Source of the DNA: the human T2T-CHM13v2.0 reference genome, Homo sapiens
Assembly: GCF_009914755.1 (NCBI RefSeq)
Contig: NC_060927.1
DNA: 64,000 bases
Strand: one strand, 5' to 3'
The notes under the pieces are model-generated. The model was not told where the DNA came from. It made no database searches and worked only from the letters and a program-made list of their open reading frames with translations. The translations under genes and the position numbers were made by a program. Position 1 is the stretch's first letter; every line of letters begins with the position of its first letter. This document shows, piece after piece, positions 1 to 14,629 of this stretch.

Positions 1-240
<240 letters not shown>

Positions 241-2570
241 TAAATTAAGATACAAAGAAAATGATCCTTAAATAAACGCCTTCAGAACACAATTGTCTGA
301 GCATTGAAAGGTGTTTACTATGGAAAACAATGATCCAAAACTTAAACAAGAGTCATGTATTTTGATATCTGATAACATATACCAAAAGCTCTGTTCAAAT
401 GTTCCCTATAACGTGTACCTTAAGGCATAGTTTAAAAGACAAAAAACTTCTTAAAGTCATTTAAAAATAAATAATATTAAGTGATTAATAATAAGGTACT
501 GGATATAGAAAGGTAAACACAGAGACACTTATTAGCAAAGAAATAGGGAGAAATTAAAATAACCCTGCAATACTTTTGTGTATGCAATTTATCAAGAAAT
601 GTTGAAAGAGAACAAAACAAATGTTGGCTCATTCTGGAGCTTCTTTGTCATCATTAATGTATTCAGGTTTTCACAGCTGAACTGCTATACTTTGAAAAGA
701 TTTTCATGAAAGGAAATTCATATTCAATGTTTAAACAAAGCTGTCAGGTTACCAAGATTAAAATTCGTTTGAGTGTCCAGAAAATATTTTCTTAAAAAAT
801 AAAAATAAAAACTAAGTTGGTCTTTATTTGCAAACAAAATAAAAGAAGGCTTTGTTTACCAGTGTGTATTTATTTTTGGAGCAAATATAGAGAAAGAATA
901 ATTTTAAAGCAAAAGACGAACTATTTTATATGGCTATTTTTTCATTACTAGTTCTGTTTCTCAAATTGATACAAATGATCTCCTTCTGTTTCTGTCTGTC
1001 TGCTTGCCTTGTCAGTACAACTAATTGTCAGGATTGGGGAGATCTCCTATATCTAAACAGAAGACGTGCAGTTTGTAACCTGCTTAATTCGCCTTATGTC
1101 CTACATGCCCTCAGTATGGTGTTCATTAAAGTCTCAGATGTTTTGTTTGTATCAGTGGCAGCCTAAGCACAGGCTTATTTTTCTTTGTTAAAAGGCCAGA
1201 TTGTGCATAAATATACACCTAATCTATGTGAATGTGTGTATATGTGTGTTTAAATGGCAAAAAATTACCATGCATGTAAATACTTCTTAGTGTTTCCATC
1301 GCTTGCTCTCACACCCGAACTTCGACTATTGCCTAGATGTAAGAACAGCACCCCTCAGGCTTTACAGAGAACTTTAATATAACAGCCATCTCTAAAATTA
1401 GATAAACCATATAAGAACTGCAAGTTGTTATAAATGAATTCTATGGAATGCCATTAAAAACCATTCTTAAACCACCCCCCACCCCACCCCATACTTCCTC
1501 CCCTAAAAAAGTTCCTAGTAGACTAAATTTCTATTCCTAATTGCTTCCATAAATTTCTACAGAAGGTCTAAATGAAACCTATTTATATTTGCCTTGGCAA
1601 TAGCAAATGGCTCAAATCAATTACTTTTTAGGGGTGGGCTTGAGAAGAAAACTCAAAACTTTGCATTTAAGTGGTCAATCCATAACCAAAATTTCTACTC
1701 AGCTTTGGTCCATGTTTAAGTAGACTATACTATTACACTAAGTTTTTTAATGTACCACATAAATAAATCTTATTGATATGTATGCAATAATTACAAAACT
1801 CACAATTGAACTGTATATTATTAAAAGTGTTCACATTTATCAAATTAATCAGAATCAAATCATTAAAAGAAGAAGGTATAGAAATGTGTTAGATATTTAC
1901 TGCATTTTTGGGTGAAATTTAACAAGACAAAAGATTTGTTAATAAGTTACTTGTGATGTTAATTTTAACACACAATTAATTAAATATACATAAAGGACTA
2001 TTAAAGTAGTATGCCTGACAGCTGTAAAAAATAATTTAACCTTTGAAAGAGTAAAAAATAAATACTGTCTATTGAACAGTTTGGCCCATACCTTATTTAG
2101 TTCTTAAAATTGGCTATTAAATACAGCAGCCTGGACATGATAACTTTAGGAAAACAATCAAAATTTTATCTTCAAAGAATTCTCTCAAAACCATTAGACA
2201 ACTGGAGAAAGTGGCCTCATTAGGTAAAGATACTACCTATACCACCACTCACTGGATATTAAGTATCAAAAGAACCAGACCCAAGGATCTCCTTTTCACT
2301 CCTAATGTTAATTTGTGAATCATTCAGTTTATCCTTAAAGACAGGAACAGAAACTGAAGTTCAATACTATTTCAACATAAAATGATGTGCAATAGAGTAC
2401 TATTTTCGATATGAAACCTGTCACACTCCTGATGTCATAATTAAAACAAACTTAATCAAAAGGCCTATTAAGAGATAACAAAACAGTTTACTATGGTGTG
2501 CATAGAACTAAAACTTCAGAAACAAATTAATCAGAAACTCAAAAATTGATAAAAGGTCTCCCGCCCCAGG

Positions 2571-2636
2571 TTTGGGTAACAATCATAATTACTCAAAGCA
2601 TCCTGAGGTGACTTTTAAAGATAATAAGGTAACACC

Positions 2637-2676
<40 letters not shown>

Positions 2677-2759
2677 GGTAACAATCATAATTACTCAAAG
2701 CATCCTGAGGTGACTTTTAAAGATAATAAGGTAACACCAGGGTGTGTGTGTGTGTGTGT
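2571..2759. repeat. Direct tandem duplication, period 102 bp: identical 70-bp unit followed by (TG)16 in copy 1 and (TG)8 in copy 2
   Basis: tttgggtaacaatcat...aacaccaggg occurs at 2571-2640 and at 2673-2742 with no mismatch. Confidence 0.97.
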
Positions 2760-2760
2760 A

Positions 2761-2967
2761 TTCCTCCCACTCAGGCTCAAGTGAGCCTCCCAAGTAGGTG
2801 AGACCAAAGGTGTATGCCATTATGCTTGGCTAATTTTTTAAATTTTTCATAGAGATAGGGTCTTCCCTGTATTGCCCAGGGTGGTCTTCCACTCTGGGCT
2901 CAAGTGATCCTCCTGCCTCAGCTTCCCAAAATAGTAGGATTACAGGCATGAGCCACTAGGCCCGACC
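2761..2967 (-). mobile_element. Old AluJ-like fragment lacking its 3' end
   Basis: Degenerate Alu motifs (gggtcttccctgtattgcccagg, ctcaagtgatcctcctgcctcagc). Confidence 0.85.
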
Positions 2968-3515
2968 TTAAAACCAAGTATATATGCTACCATAGACTTC
3001 CTTTCCTTAAGATGAATTTACAGGGTACATGACAGAATCTCTGTACTTAACTGATGAGAGGCGAGAGTGGAAAATGAGGAACCCACATTCACTCTACTTG
3101 AACTGTCTTAATAAAATTAAAGAGAATAATATATTCAATGACTTACTTTTGCAAGGTAACACTGGACAACACTATTATTTAACAGAGATATGATAAACAT
3201 AAGATGAAAATTATATTAGAGAATATAAAATCAGCACTGAGCAATTTTGAACTATGATACTATTATGCATACAACTGTCTAATAATGAAAAAAGAGAAAA
3301 ATGACTATTTAGGATTTACCTAAATGTTTCTGGTACCGAAATAAGGAATGGGTTTATTTTTTTAAAGTAATTGTGAAGTTTGTGATTCCTCTGTTTATAT
3401 GCCTGAAAACATTATTACTTTCTATGCTCTCTATATTCAATTACTTTTAAAGATAGAATTTTTTTAGTAAAATTTTATTTTATTTTATTTTTTTTACATT
3501 TACAAGCCAATATTC

Positions 3516-4684
<1,169 letters not shown>

Positions 4685-5225
4685 TTAAAAGTCTCTTCAC
4701 AGTACATGAGTAGTAGTGACACCAATAATGTCAGAGCAGGGAACTCCCAGGTTCTGCCCATCCACAAAAACAACAAATAAGCTGGCAAAAACTTTAAGAA
4801 TCAACTTTTGCAGATCTCTGAAATCTAGTCAAAACTTAAACAGAGGAAAGATTAATAAAGACGGGCTGCACTGAGATAACACTAACAGCACACTGTGGCA
4901 TTTTAAGTAGCCCACCTAGCATCTTCACCCTCTAGATCTACTGCAGCAGTAAAGTGGCAGCTTATATTCCTAGTGCCAGAGGGAGCTATGCAAACTTTAT
5001 AATGAAAGAACTGTGGGTTGAATGTTTCAATCTTTCTGGCAGCTCCCTAAAGGATGAGAGCAAGTGCTTGCCTTTGTTTTGCCCAACTCATGGGTGGCTT
5101 CTCTAGTGGTGGTTTTTTAGGATAGTCTATTTAAAGAAAATATTAGAAAACGGCATATCCTAGTACTCTGTCACATTCCCACTACAGATATTATTTCAGT
5201 AACATAGTGATAGTTAATTCTACAA

Positions 5226-5411
5226 CGGTGGTCAACAAACTAAAGCCAATTGGACAAACTGGCTATAGCCTCTTGTTTAAGTAAATAATGTTTTCTTGGA
5301 ACACATCTACACCAATCTGTTTATTTATTGTCTCAGGTTCCTTTCATGCTAAAGTGGTATGAACTAAAATTTTACTATTTGGCCATATAAGAAAAAGTTT
5401 GTTGACCGCTA
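5226..5411 (+). mobile_element. MER58A-like hAT-Charlie MITE
   Basis: Terminal inverted repeats ggtcaacaaact / agtttgttgacc. Flanks ttctacaa / ttctagag resemble an 8-bp hAT TSD. Internal ttggaacaca motif. Confidence 0.75.
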
Positions 5412-5991
5412 TTCTAGAGAATAATCTACTATAAAAACTGACCTCAGATTGACATTTGACAGGTATACTAAGATTTCTCTATCCTGTCCATTGTAAGTAA
5501 CCAAGCTATCAAAATACAGAAAAATAACACTAACAGTTTATGTAAAAATATGAGTTAACATAAACAATATTTCCAATCCAAAATTAAGGATTGGTCATTT
5601 TTTGAAAAGCACTTTGCTCACTAATTAACAAGAGAATTCTTACAAGAACTGTTAAATGAAAAATTAGATGTTAGAAGGTCATGGGTTACAAAGACCACTT
5701 ATGCAAAAGATTAAATCATAGAAGGATTTGGCCAATTCTAGGAGTGAGACTGAGAACTATAAACCAAAAAGGTTTGAGCTACATTAATTAAGAGATGTAA
5801 GCAGAGAACCTAACACATCTATTTCTAATAATTTGTAATTTCAAGAATCACTAGTTTTGAGTATTCAACATATTTCAAATAAACTAAGCATGTGTTTGTA
5901 TTAAACTAGCATGAGGAATAAAGGGAAAAGTTATGGTACCATCTGAAAAAGTAAAAGTCAATGGAAGAAGAATCCTGGGATCTTGGATTCT

Positions 5992-6958
5992 TTTTAATTA
6001 ATAGATTTTATTATTTTTAAAAGCAATTTTGAGCTTACAGAAAAACTGAACAAAAGTACAGTAAAGAGAGTTCATACCTACTCTACCACACAAACACAGT
6101 TTCCACTATTAACATCTTCCATTAGTATAGTGCATCTGTTACATGAATGTGCCAATGGTAACAAATTATTATTAAACTCCATAGTTTTACATTAAGCTTC
6201 ACTCTTTGTGCTATACATTTTATATGCTTTGACAACTTATAATGACATGTGCCCACATTACAGTACCATACAGAATAGTTTCACTGCCCTAAAGATCTTC
6301 TGTGCTCCACCTATTCATTCTTTCCTGTTTCCTGGGCCCCTTGGCAACCATCGATGTTTTTACCGTCTCCTTAGTTTTTCCTTTTCCACAATGTCATATA
6401 GTTGGAATAATGTATGTAGTCTTTTCAGATTAGTGTCTTTTACTTAGCAGTATGTGCTTTTAAGGTTCCTCCATGTCTTTTTGTGCTTTGATAACTTATT
6501 CTTTTTATCACTGAATAATTCCATTGCATACATGTACCAGAGTTTGTTAATCCATTATCTGTTGAAGGATATCTTGGCTGCTTCCAAGTTTTGGCAATTA
6601 TAAATAAAGCTGTTATAAACATTTGTGTGCAGAACTCTGTATAGACGTAAGTTTTCAACACACTTGGGTAAATACCAAGGAGCAAAACTGCTGGGTCATA
6701 TGGTAAGAGTATGTACAATTTTGTAAGAAACTGTTAAAAGGTCTTCCAAAGTGGCTGTAATATTTTGCATTCCCACCAGCAATAAATAAGAGTTTCTGTT
6801 GCTCCACATTCTTATCTGCATTTTATGTTGTCATTGTTTAGGATCTTAATCCTGCAAATATGTATATAGTGGTATCTTGGTGTTATTTTAATTTGCAATT
6901 CCCTGATAACATATGATGTTGAGTATTTTTACCTATGCTTATCCTGCCATATGTATAT
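5992..6958 (-). mobile_element. Old L1MC-type 3' end fragment (L1MC1-like)
   Basis: catacagaatagtttcactgccctaaa motif; ORF 6440-6718 gives a degenerate ORF2 C-terminus (PYDPAVLLLGIYP...AKTWKQP). Confidence 0.85.
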
Positions 6959-6959
6959 C

Positions 6960-7265
6960 TGGTCTGTGGCCTGTTAGGAACCAGGCCACACAATAGGAAG
7001 TGAGTGGTGGGCGAGCATGCATTACCACCTGAGCTCTGCCTTCCGTCAGATCTGATGTGGCATTAGATTCTCATAGAAGCACAAACTCTATCGTGAACTG
7101 CACATATGAGGGATCTAGGATGCATGCTCTGTATGAAAATCTAATGCCTGATGATCTGATGTGGAACAGTTTCATTCCCAAACCATCCCCCACCGGACTC
7201 CGGTCCATGGAAAAATTGTCTTCCATAAAGCCAGTCCCTGGTGCCAAAAACGCTGGGGACTACTG
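6960..7265 (+). mobile_element. MER1B-like hAT-Charlie element lacking its left terminus
   Basis: ggcctgttaggaacc...gcattagattctcatag...ccctggtgccaaaaa...ggggactactg. Confidence 0.85.
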
Positions 7266-7659
7266 GGTTAAGCAATCAACAAATGAATCATTTTAAAATT
7301 AACCATAAAATTTAGAGACTGAGTGCAATGAGTATCAAATAAGGGTCAAACAAGAATGTTTGCTGTAGTATATGTAGCAACTAAGCAAGTAGTAGTTTGC
7401 CTATGTAAAAGTCACAATGCTATTTTTAAAATACCTAATTTTCTACTACTGCTAAGTAGATTGTTCCTCAGTAAATCACTCTATCCTTGACTCATCTCAT
7501 CTATGAATAATCTGGTAGCCTGACCTCAGAATTTAAAATAAACAATGCAATGCAGTGAGGGATTGTTCCATAAACACTTAGAAGGGTTGAAAAACTAAAT
7601 ACACTCCTATGAACCTCTTTCCTTGAAATCTGTATATTCTTCAATTTTCTTGTATTTTT

Positions 7660-10600
7660 GTTTTGCTGTCACTACCCCCAAGCCTCCACAAGTGTTTGTC
7701 ATTCCCCTCCCTGTGTCCATGTGTTCTCATTGTTCAACTCCCACTGATAAGAACATCTACTGTTTGGTTTTCTGTTCCTGCATTAATTTGCTGAGGATAA
7801 TGGCTCACCACAACCGCCATGTCCAGGGTTCAAGTATGTTCCATCTATGATACTGCAAAGGACATGATGGTGTTCCCTTTTTATGGCTACACAGTATTCC
7901 ATGGTGAATATGTACCACATTTTCTTTATCAAGTCTATCACTAATGGGCATCTGGGTAGATTCCACTTCTTTGCTATTGTGAATAGTGCTGCAATGAACA
8001 TATGTGTGCATGTATCGTTGTAATAGATTGATTTATATTCCTTCAGGTACATATACAGTAACGGGATAGCTGAATCAAATGGTATTTCTGCCTTTAGGTC
8101 TTTGAGGACACTGTCTTCCACAATGGTGGAATTTACATTCCCACCAACAGTGGAAAACCATTCCTACTTCTCCACAGCCTCATCAGCATCTGTTGTTTCT
8201 TGGCTTCTTAATAATCACCATTCTTACTGGCATGAGATGGTATCTCACTGTGGTTTTGATCTGCATTTCTCTAATGATCAATGATGTTGAGTTTTTTTAG
8301 TATATCTTTTTGGCCACATGTATGTCTTCTATTGAGAAGGGTCTGTTCATGTCCTTTCCCCACTGTTTAGTGGGGTTGTTTTTTTCTTGTAAATTTGTAT
8401 AAGTTCCTTATAGACTCTAGATTTTAGACCTTTGTCAGATGGAGATATTGCAAAAATTTTCTCCCATACTGTAGGCTGCGCTGATGATAGTTTCTTCTGC
8501 TGTGCAGAAGCTCTTTATTTTAATTAGATCCCATTTGTCAATTTTTGCTTTTGTTGCAATTGCTTTTGGGGATTTCATCATAAAATCTTTGCCCATGCCT
8601 ATGTTCTGAATGCTATTAGCTAGATTTTCTTCCAGAGTTTTCACAGTTTCATAGTTTAAGTCTTTAATCCATCTTGAGTTAATTTTTGTATAAGGTGTAA
8701 GGAAGGGGTCTAGTTTCAATTTTCTGCAAATGCCTAGCCAGTTCTCCCAGCACCATTTATTAAATAGGGAATCCTTTCCCCTTGTTTTTTTCAACAATAA
8801 TGTTTGTAGTTGTGCAGTCTTATATCTGAGTTCTCTATTCTGTTCCATTGGTCTATGTATCTGGTTTTGTACCAGTACCATGCTGTGTTGGTTACTGTAG
8901 CTTTGTAGTATAGTTTGAAGTCGGGTAGCATGATGCCTCTAGCATTGTTCTTTTTGCTTAGGATTGTCTTGGATATTTGGGCTTTTTGGTTCCAAATGAA
9001 TTTTAAAAGTTTTTTCTAATATTGTGAAGAATGTCAATGGTAATTTAATGGTAATAACATTAGATCTATAAATTACTTTCAGCAGTATGGCCATTTTCAC
9101 AATATTGTTTCTTCCTATCCATGAGCATAAAATGTTTTTCCATTTATTTGTGTCCTCTCTGATTTCCTTGAGCAGTGGCTTGTAGTTCTCCTTGAAGAGG
9201 TCCTTCACTTCCCTTGTTAGCTTTATTCCTAGATATTTTATTATCTTGTTAGCAATTGTGAATGGGAGTTCATTCATGATTTGGCTCTCTGCTTGTCAGC
9301 TATTAGTATATAAAAATGCTTGTAATTTTTGCACACTGGTTTTGTATCCCGAGACTTTGCTGAAGTCAGTTATCAGCTTAAAAAGCTTTTGGGCTGAGAT
9401 GATGGGGTTTTCTAGATATAGGATCATGTATATCTGCATACAAAGATAGTCTGACTTCCTCTCTTCTTATTTGAATACCCATTATTTCTTTCTGTTGCCT
9501 GAGTGCTCTGGCCAGAACTTTCAATACTATGTTAAATAGGAGTGGTGAGAGAGGGTGTTCTTATCTTGTGCCGGTTTTCAAAGGGAATGTTTCCAGCTTT
9601 TGCCCATTCAGTATGATATTGGCAGTGGGTGTGTCATAAATGGCTCTTATTATTTTGAAGTATGTTCCTTCAATGTCTAGTTGAGAGTTTTTAACATGAA
9701 GGGATGTTCAATTTTATTGAAGGCCTTTTCTGCCTCTATTGAGATAATCATGTGGTTTTGTCTTTAGTTCTGTTTATGTGATGGATTACATTTATTGACT
9801 TGCATATGCTGAACCAGCCTTGCATCCCGGGGATGAGGTCGACTTGATAATGGTGGATAAACTTTTTGAAGTGCCGGTGGTTTGCCAGTATTTTACTGAA
9901 GATTTCTGCATTGATGTTCATCAGGGATGTTGCCTTAAGTTTTCTGTTTTTGTTGTATCTCTGCCAGGTTTCGGTATCAGGATGATGTAAGCTTCATAAA
10001 ATGAGTTAGGGAGGAGTCCCTCCTTTTCAACTGGAATAGTTTCAGAAGAAATGGTACCAGCTTCTTTCTGCACCTCTGATAGAATTTGGCTGGAAATCCA
10101 CCTGGTCCTGGGCTTTTTTTGATTGGCAGACTGTTTACTACTGCCTCATTTTCTGAACTTATTATGGGTTTATTAAGGGATTCCACTTCTTTCTGGTTCA
10201 GTCATGGGAGGGTGTATGTGTACAGGAATTTATCCATTTCTTCTAAATTTTCTGGTTTATTTGCATAGAGTTGTTCACAGTATTCTCTGATGGTTGTCTG
10301 TATTTCTGTGGGGTCAGTGGTCATATCCCCTTTATCATTTTTTATTGTCTCTGTTTTCTTCTCTATTAGTCTAGCTAGCAGTCTATCTATTTTATTAATT
10401 TTTTCAAAAAACCAGCTCCTGGATTCACTGATTTTTTTTGAAGGGTTTTCTGTGTCTCTATCTCCTTCAGTCCCACTCTGATCTTGGTTATTTCTTGCAT
10501 TCATTCTGGTAGCTTTGGGGTTTGTCTGCTATTGGTTCTCTAGTTCTTTTAGGTGTGATGTTAGGATGTTGACTTAAGATCTTCCTAGCTTTTTGTTAAG

Positions 10601-13404
10601 GGTATTAGTGCTATACATTTGCAACTTTTTTTTTTTTGAGACAGAGTCTCCTCTGTCACCCAGGCTGGAGTGGAGTGGCACAACCTTGGCTCACCACAAC
10701 CTCCATGTCCGGGATTCAAGTGAATCTCCTGCCTCAGCCTAGCGAGTAGCTGGGACTACAGGAATGTGCCACCAGGTCTGGTTAATTTTTGTCTTTTTTA
10801 GTAGAGACAGGGTTTTACCATTTTGGCCAGGCTGGTCTTGATCTCCTGACCTCAAGTGATCTGTCAACTTTGGCCTCCCAAAGTACTGGGATTACAGGCG
10901 TGAGCCACCATACTCGGACATAAATTTCCATCTTAACACTGCTTCAGCTGCGTCCCAGAGATTCTGGTACATTGTCTCTTTTCTCATTAGTTTCAAAGAA
11001 CTTCTTGATTTCTGAATTGCATTATTTACTCAAGAATCATTCAGAAGCACTGATGGGTCTTGACTCTTTATTCAGCTTGCCATTTTCTGTCTTTTAATTG
11101 GGCATTTAGCCCATTTACATTTAAGATTAATATTGTTATGTGTGGATTTGATCCTGTCATCATGATGCTTGCTGGTTATTTTGCAGACTTGATGTAGTTG
11201 TTTCATAGTGTCATTGGTCTGTGTGCTTCAGTGTGTTTTTGTAGTGGCTGGTAATGGTTTTTCCTTTCCATATTTAGTGCTTCCTTCAGGAGATCTTGCA
11301 AGGCAAGCCTAATGGTGATGAATTCCCTCAGTATTTGCTTGTCTGAAAAGGATTTAATTTCTCCTTTGCTTATGAAGCTCAGTTTGGCCAGATGTGAAAT
11401 TGTGGGTTGGAAATTATTTTTTTTTTTTTTAAGAATGTTGAATATTGGCCTCCAATCTCTTCCGGCTTGTAGGATTTCCACTGAGAAATCCTCTCTTAGT
11501 CTGATGGGTTTCCCTTTGTAGGTGACCTGGCCTTTCTCTCTGGCTGCCCTTAACACTTTTTCCTTCATTTTGACCTTGGAGAATCTGATGATTATGTCTT
11601 GGGGTTGATCTTCTCAGGAAATATCTTCTATTTCCTGAATTTGAATGTTGGCATGTCTTGCTAGGTTGGGGAAGTTCTCCTGGATGATATCCTGAAGTAT
11701 GTTTTCCAACTAGGTACCATTCTCTCCATCTCTTTCAGGTACCCCAGTCAGTTGTAGATTTGGTCTTTTTACATAACCCCATAGTTCTCAGAGGTTTTGT
11801 TCGTTCCTTACCATTCTCTTTTCTCTAATCTTGTCTGCATGCCTTCTTTCAGCAAGATAGTCTTCAAAGTCTGATATCCTTTCTTCCACTTGGTGGATAT
11901 GGCTACTGATATTTGTGTATGCTTCCCAAAGTTCTCGCCCTGCATTTTTCAGCTCCATCAGATCATTTATGTCCCTCTCTAAACTGGCTATTTTGGTTAA
12001 CAACTCCTGTAATATTTTATCATAGTTCTTAGCTTCTTTGCATTGGGTTAGAACATACTCCTTTGGCTCAGCGAAGTTCACTGTTACCCATCTTCTGAAG
12101 CCTATTTCTGTCAGTTCATCCATCTCAGCCTCAGCCCAGTTCTGTGTCCTTGCTGCAGAGGTGCTACAATCACTTGGAAAAGAGGCACTCTGACTAGTTT
12201 TCAGCGTTTTTGCGCTTATTTTTTCTCATCTTTGTGGGTTTATCTACCTTCAATCTTTGAGGCTGTTGATCTTTGGATGAGGTTTTTTGTTGATGTTGTC
12301 GTTGATGCTATTTGTTTTTCTTTTAACAGTCAGGCCCTTCTTCCATAGTGGCTGCTGTGGTTTGCTTGGGGTCCACCTGAGACCCTATTCGCCTGGGTCA
12401 CCCCCCAACCCGGCACCTGTAGGCATCACCACTGGAGACTGCAGAACAGCAAAGATGGGCTGCTCCTTCCTCTGGGAGCTCCGTCCCAGAGGCACACTGA
12501 CCTGATGCCAGCTGAAACATTTCTGTATACAGTGTCTGGTGACTCCTGTTGGAAGGTGTCACCCAGTCAGGAGGCACGGAATCAGGAACCTGCTTAAAGC
12601 AACAGTCTGGCTGCCCCTTGGTGGAGTGGGTGCACTGTGCTGGGGGGAATCCTCCTCGTCTGGACTGCCCAGACTCCTCAGAGCCAGCAGGCAGGAAATA
12701 CTAAGTCTGCTGATGGGCAGAGACCACAGCTGCCCCTCCCACCAGGGGCTCCCCAGGGAGATCAGAGTTCTGTCTGTAAGCCCCTGGCTGGAGTTGCTGA
12801 AATTCCCACAGGGTAGCTCCGCAGGGAAAGCAGTCTGGCCATGATCTACTACAGCCGCTGTGCTGTGCTGTGCTGGGCTGTGAGGAATTCCTCCTAGCCC
12901 GAACCCAGTCTCCCTGGCACCATCGGGGAAAACCGCTGACTGGAGCTGCAGTGATGGCAAGCTGCCCCTCCCTCGGGAACTCAATCATCTTAGGCAGTCT
13001 CCAGCCTGCTGCTAGCTGGCTGCAACCCAAGCAGCCACCAAGAGTCTGCACAGCTCCGTGCTTGGGACCCAAGACTCTGGTGGCATGGGCTCATGAGGGG
13101 ATACCCTGATCCCTGGGTTGCACAGATCCATGAAAAATACACGATTTCCCAGGCAGGGTAGTACAATTACTCACTGCCTCCCCTGGCTGGGGATGGGAGC
13201 TCCCCTTGCCCCGTGCGGCTCCCGGGTGGCCCCTTGCTCCACTATGCTTTTCCTCACTCTCCGTGGGTCATGCCAACTGCCTAGTCAGTTCCAATGAGAG
13301 AACCTGGATACCTCTGTTGAAGATTCAGGATTTAGCCGCCACTTTTGTTTTCCTCCACAGGAGCCACAGATGGAAGCTGCTTCTAAGCAGCCATCTTGGC
13401 CCCA
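7660..13404 (-). mobile_element. Near full-length but degenerate older primate L1 (roughly L1PA8-PA13 age): 5' UTR, ORF1, ORF2 with internal deletions; interrupted by an Alu
   Basis: Series of minus-strand ORF1p/ORF2p fragments in the ORF track (KEKVLRAAREKGQVTYKGKPIRL; KSPGPGGF; KYLGIKLT). GC-rich 5' UTR at about 12200-13404 ending gccatcttgg. Confidence 0.93.
10626..10919 (-). mobile_element. AluS/J inserted in the L1
   Basis: Full dimer with T-tail at 10626; degenerate TSD atacatttgcaact / ataaatttccatct. Confidence 0.93.
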
Positions 13405-14629
13405 CTCTGCAGCTTCCTGCATTTTATACTTAAATATTTATTGCCTAATTAAACTTCCTCCTGCTTCCTTTTTTATTTGTATTTTATGAACCTTTGTCAT
13501 TAACCAAAAGACTAAAAAGGAAAAAAGATGAAAGTAACAGAAACTTAAATCAATCAAATTAGGTAAACAGATTATCAAGCTAATTTTTTAAATTAGAGTA
13601 CTGAATTCTCTGGATTGCTTTTATCTCCTTTTCACATTAAGTTGCCACTTGATAACATGATAGTAAATCTTGCTTTTCTGTTTACAGAGAACAGCAGATC
13701 TTATTAATTATGACTTGGTTGACAGCACATCACCTTCTGCTTACTCTACATATAAAGAAATAGAAATATAACAACTTATTCTTCCTTGGGTCTTCTGACC
13801 TCAACAGAGTAGGCCAGATAGAAGAAGTAACCACAGGAGTGGAAAAGCTTGCTCACCATCTCCTTCTGCAGAGCTTTTTCATAGGCTATTAGTAAATTCT
13901 TAGGTCAGAAATACCTACATTAGAAAATAAAACAAAAGCCCATTTGAGAATTATAACTTTTTGTTTCCCACCTTTTAAAATTCTGCACCATTACATTCCT
14001 CTCCATAAGGGTGATAAGTTAGGAATGACCTACTTTATGATGTTCAGAAATTGAATTATTATTGCAGTATTACAACTAAACTCTATTAAAAATTTCCAGG
14101 ATGTATGTTCCCCTTCTTAACTATCATTAAAAGTTCTCAATACTATTCAGGCAATAGTGTTTACCTTTCCATGTACTGGTAAGTACCAAGAATGTTTTAG
14201 TTACATTCTTGCAAACTTTGCTTTCTGACTTTCTACTTTCTCCTCCATCACTTTACAGCTAACAGCTCTACCACAAAATCACTCAGTCCGTTAAGTTTCC
14301 TTCTTTCTTTTTTAAGGAGCCAAGAATGCATTATTACATTTTTCTATGTGAAGTATGCTATTAAATAATAGCTTGTACACTAATTAAAGCAAATGTAATT
14401 GTGAGAACACATTGACATTGTTAAAGTAAATTACTCAATTTGTTAATAGTTTCATTCCAAGTGACCCTAATTGTATTAATTGTGATACCAGCAAATTAAA
14501 TTGAAGAGCATTAAACACATTGTTCTAATATGTCCTAGAGGAACGAATTCTACATTACATCAGCAAGGGAAAATAATGATTACATGCTCTCCACACAAAT
14601 AAAGCTCGTACATGTACATATATACATAC

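Noticed and set aside
2572-2784. 70-aa repeat protein with CV runs, or a CRISPR-like repeat-spacer pattern
   Set aside because: Translation artefact of the tandem duplication plus (TG)n; only two units, in eukaryotic DNA, with no cas genes.
3473-3515. Possible short 3' transduction: 20 nt of unique sequence and a second A-rich tract beyond the L1 tail
   Set aside because: Joining the flanks gives AATATTCTTTT/AAAAGTC, a canonical L1 endonuclease site with a short TCTTT duplication, so the 20 nt and second tract are most simply pre-existing flank.
12287-13433. Cluster of overlapping GC-rich ORFs suggesting a gene or CpG island
   Set aside because: This is the L1 5' UTR; it is CpG-depleted and the ORFs are by-products of GC content.
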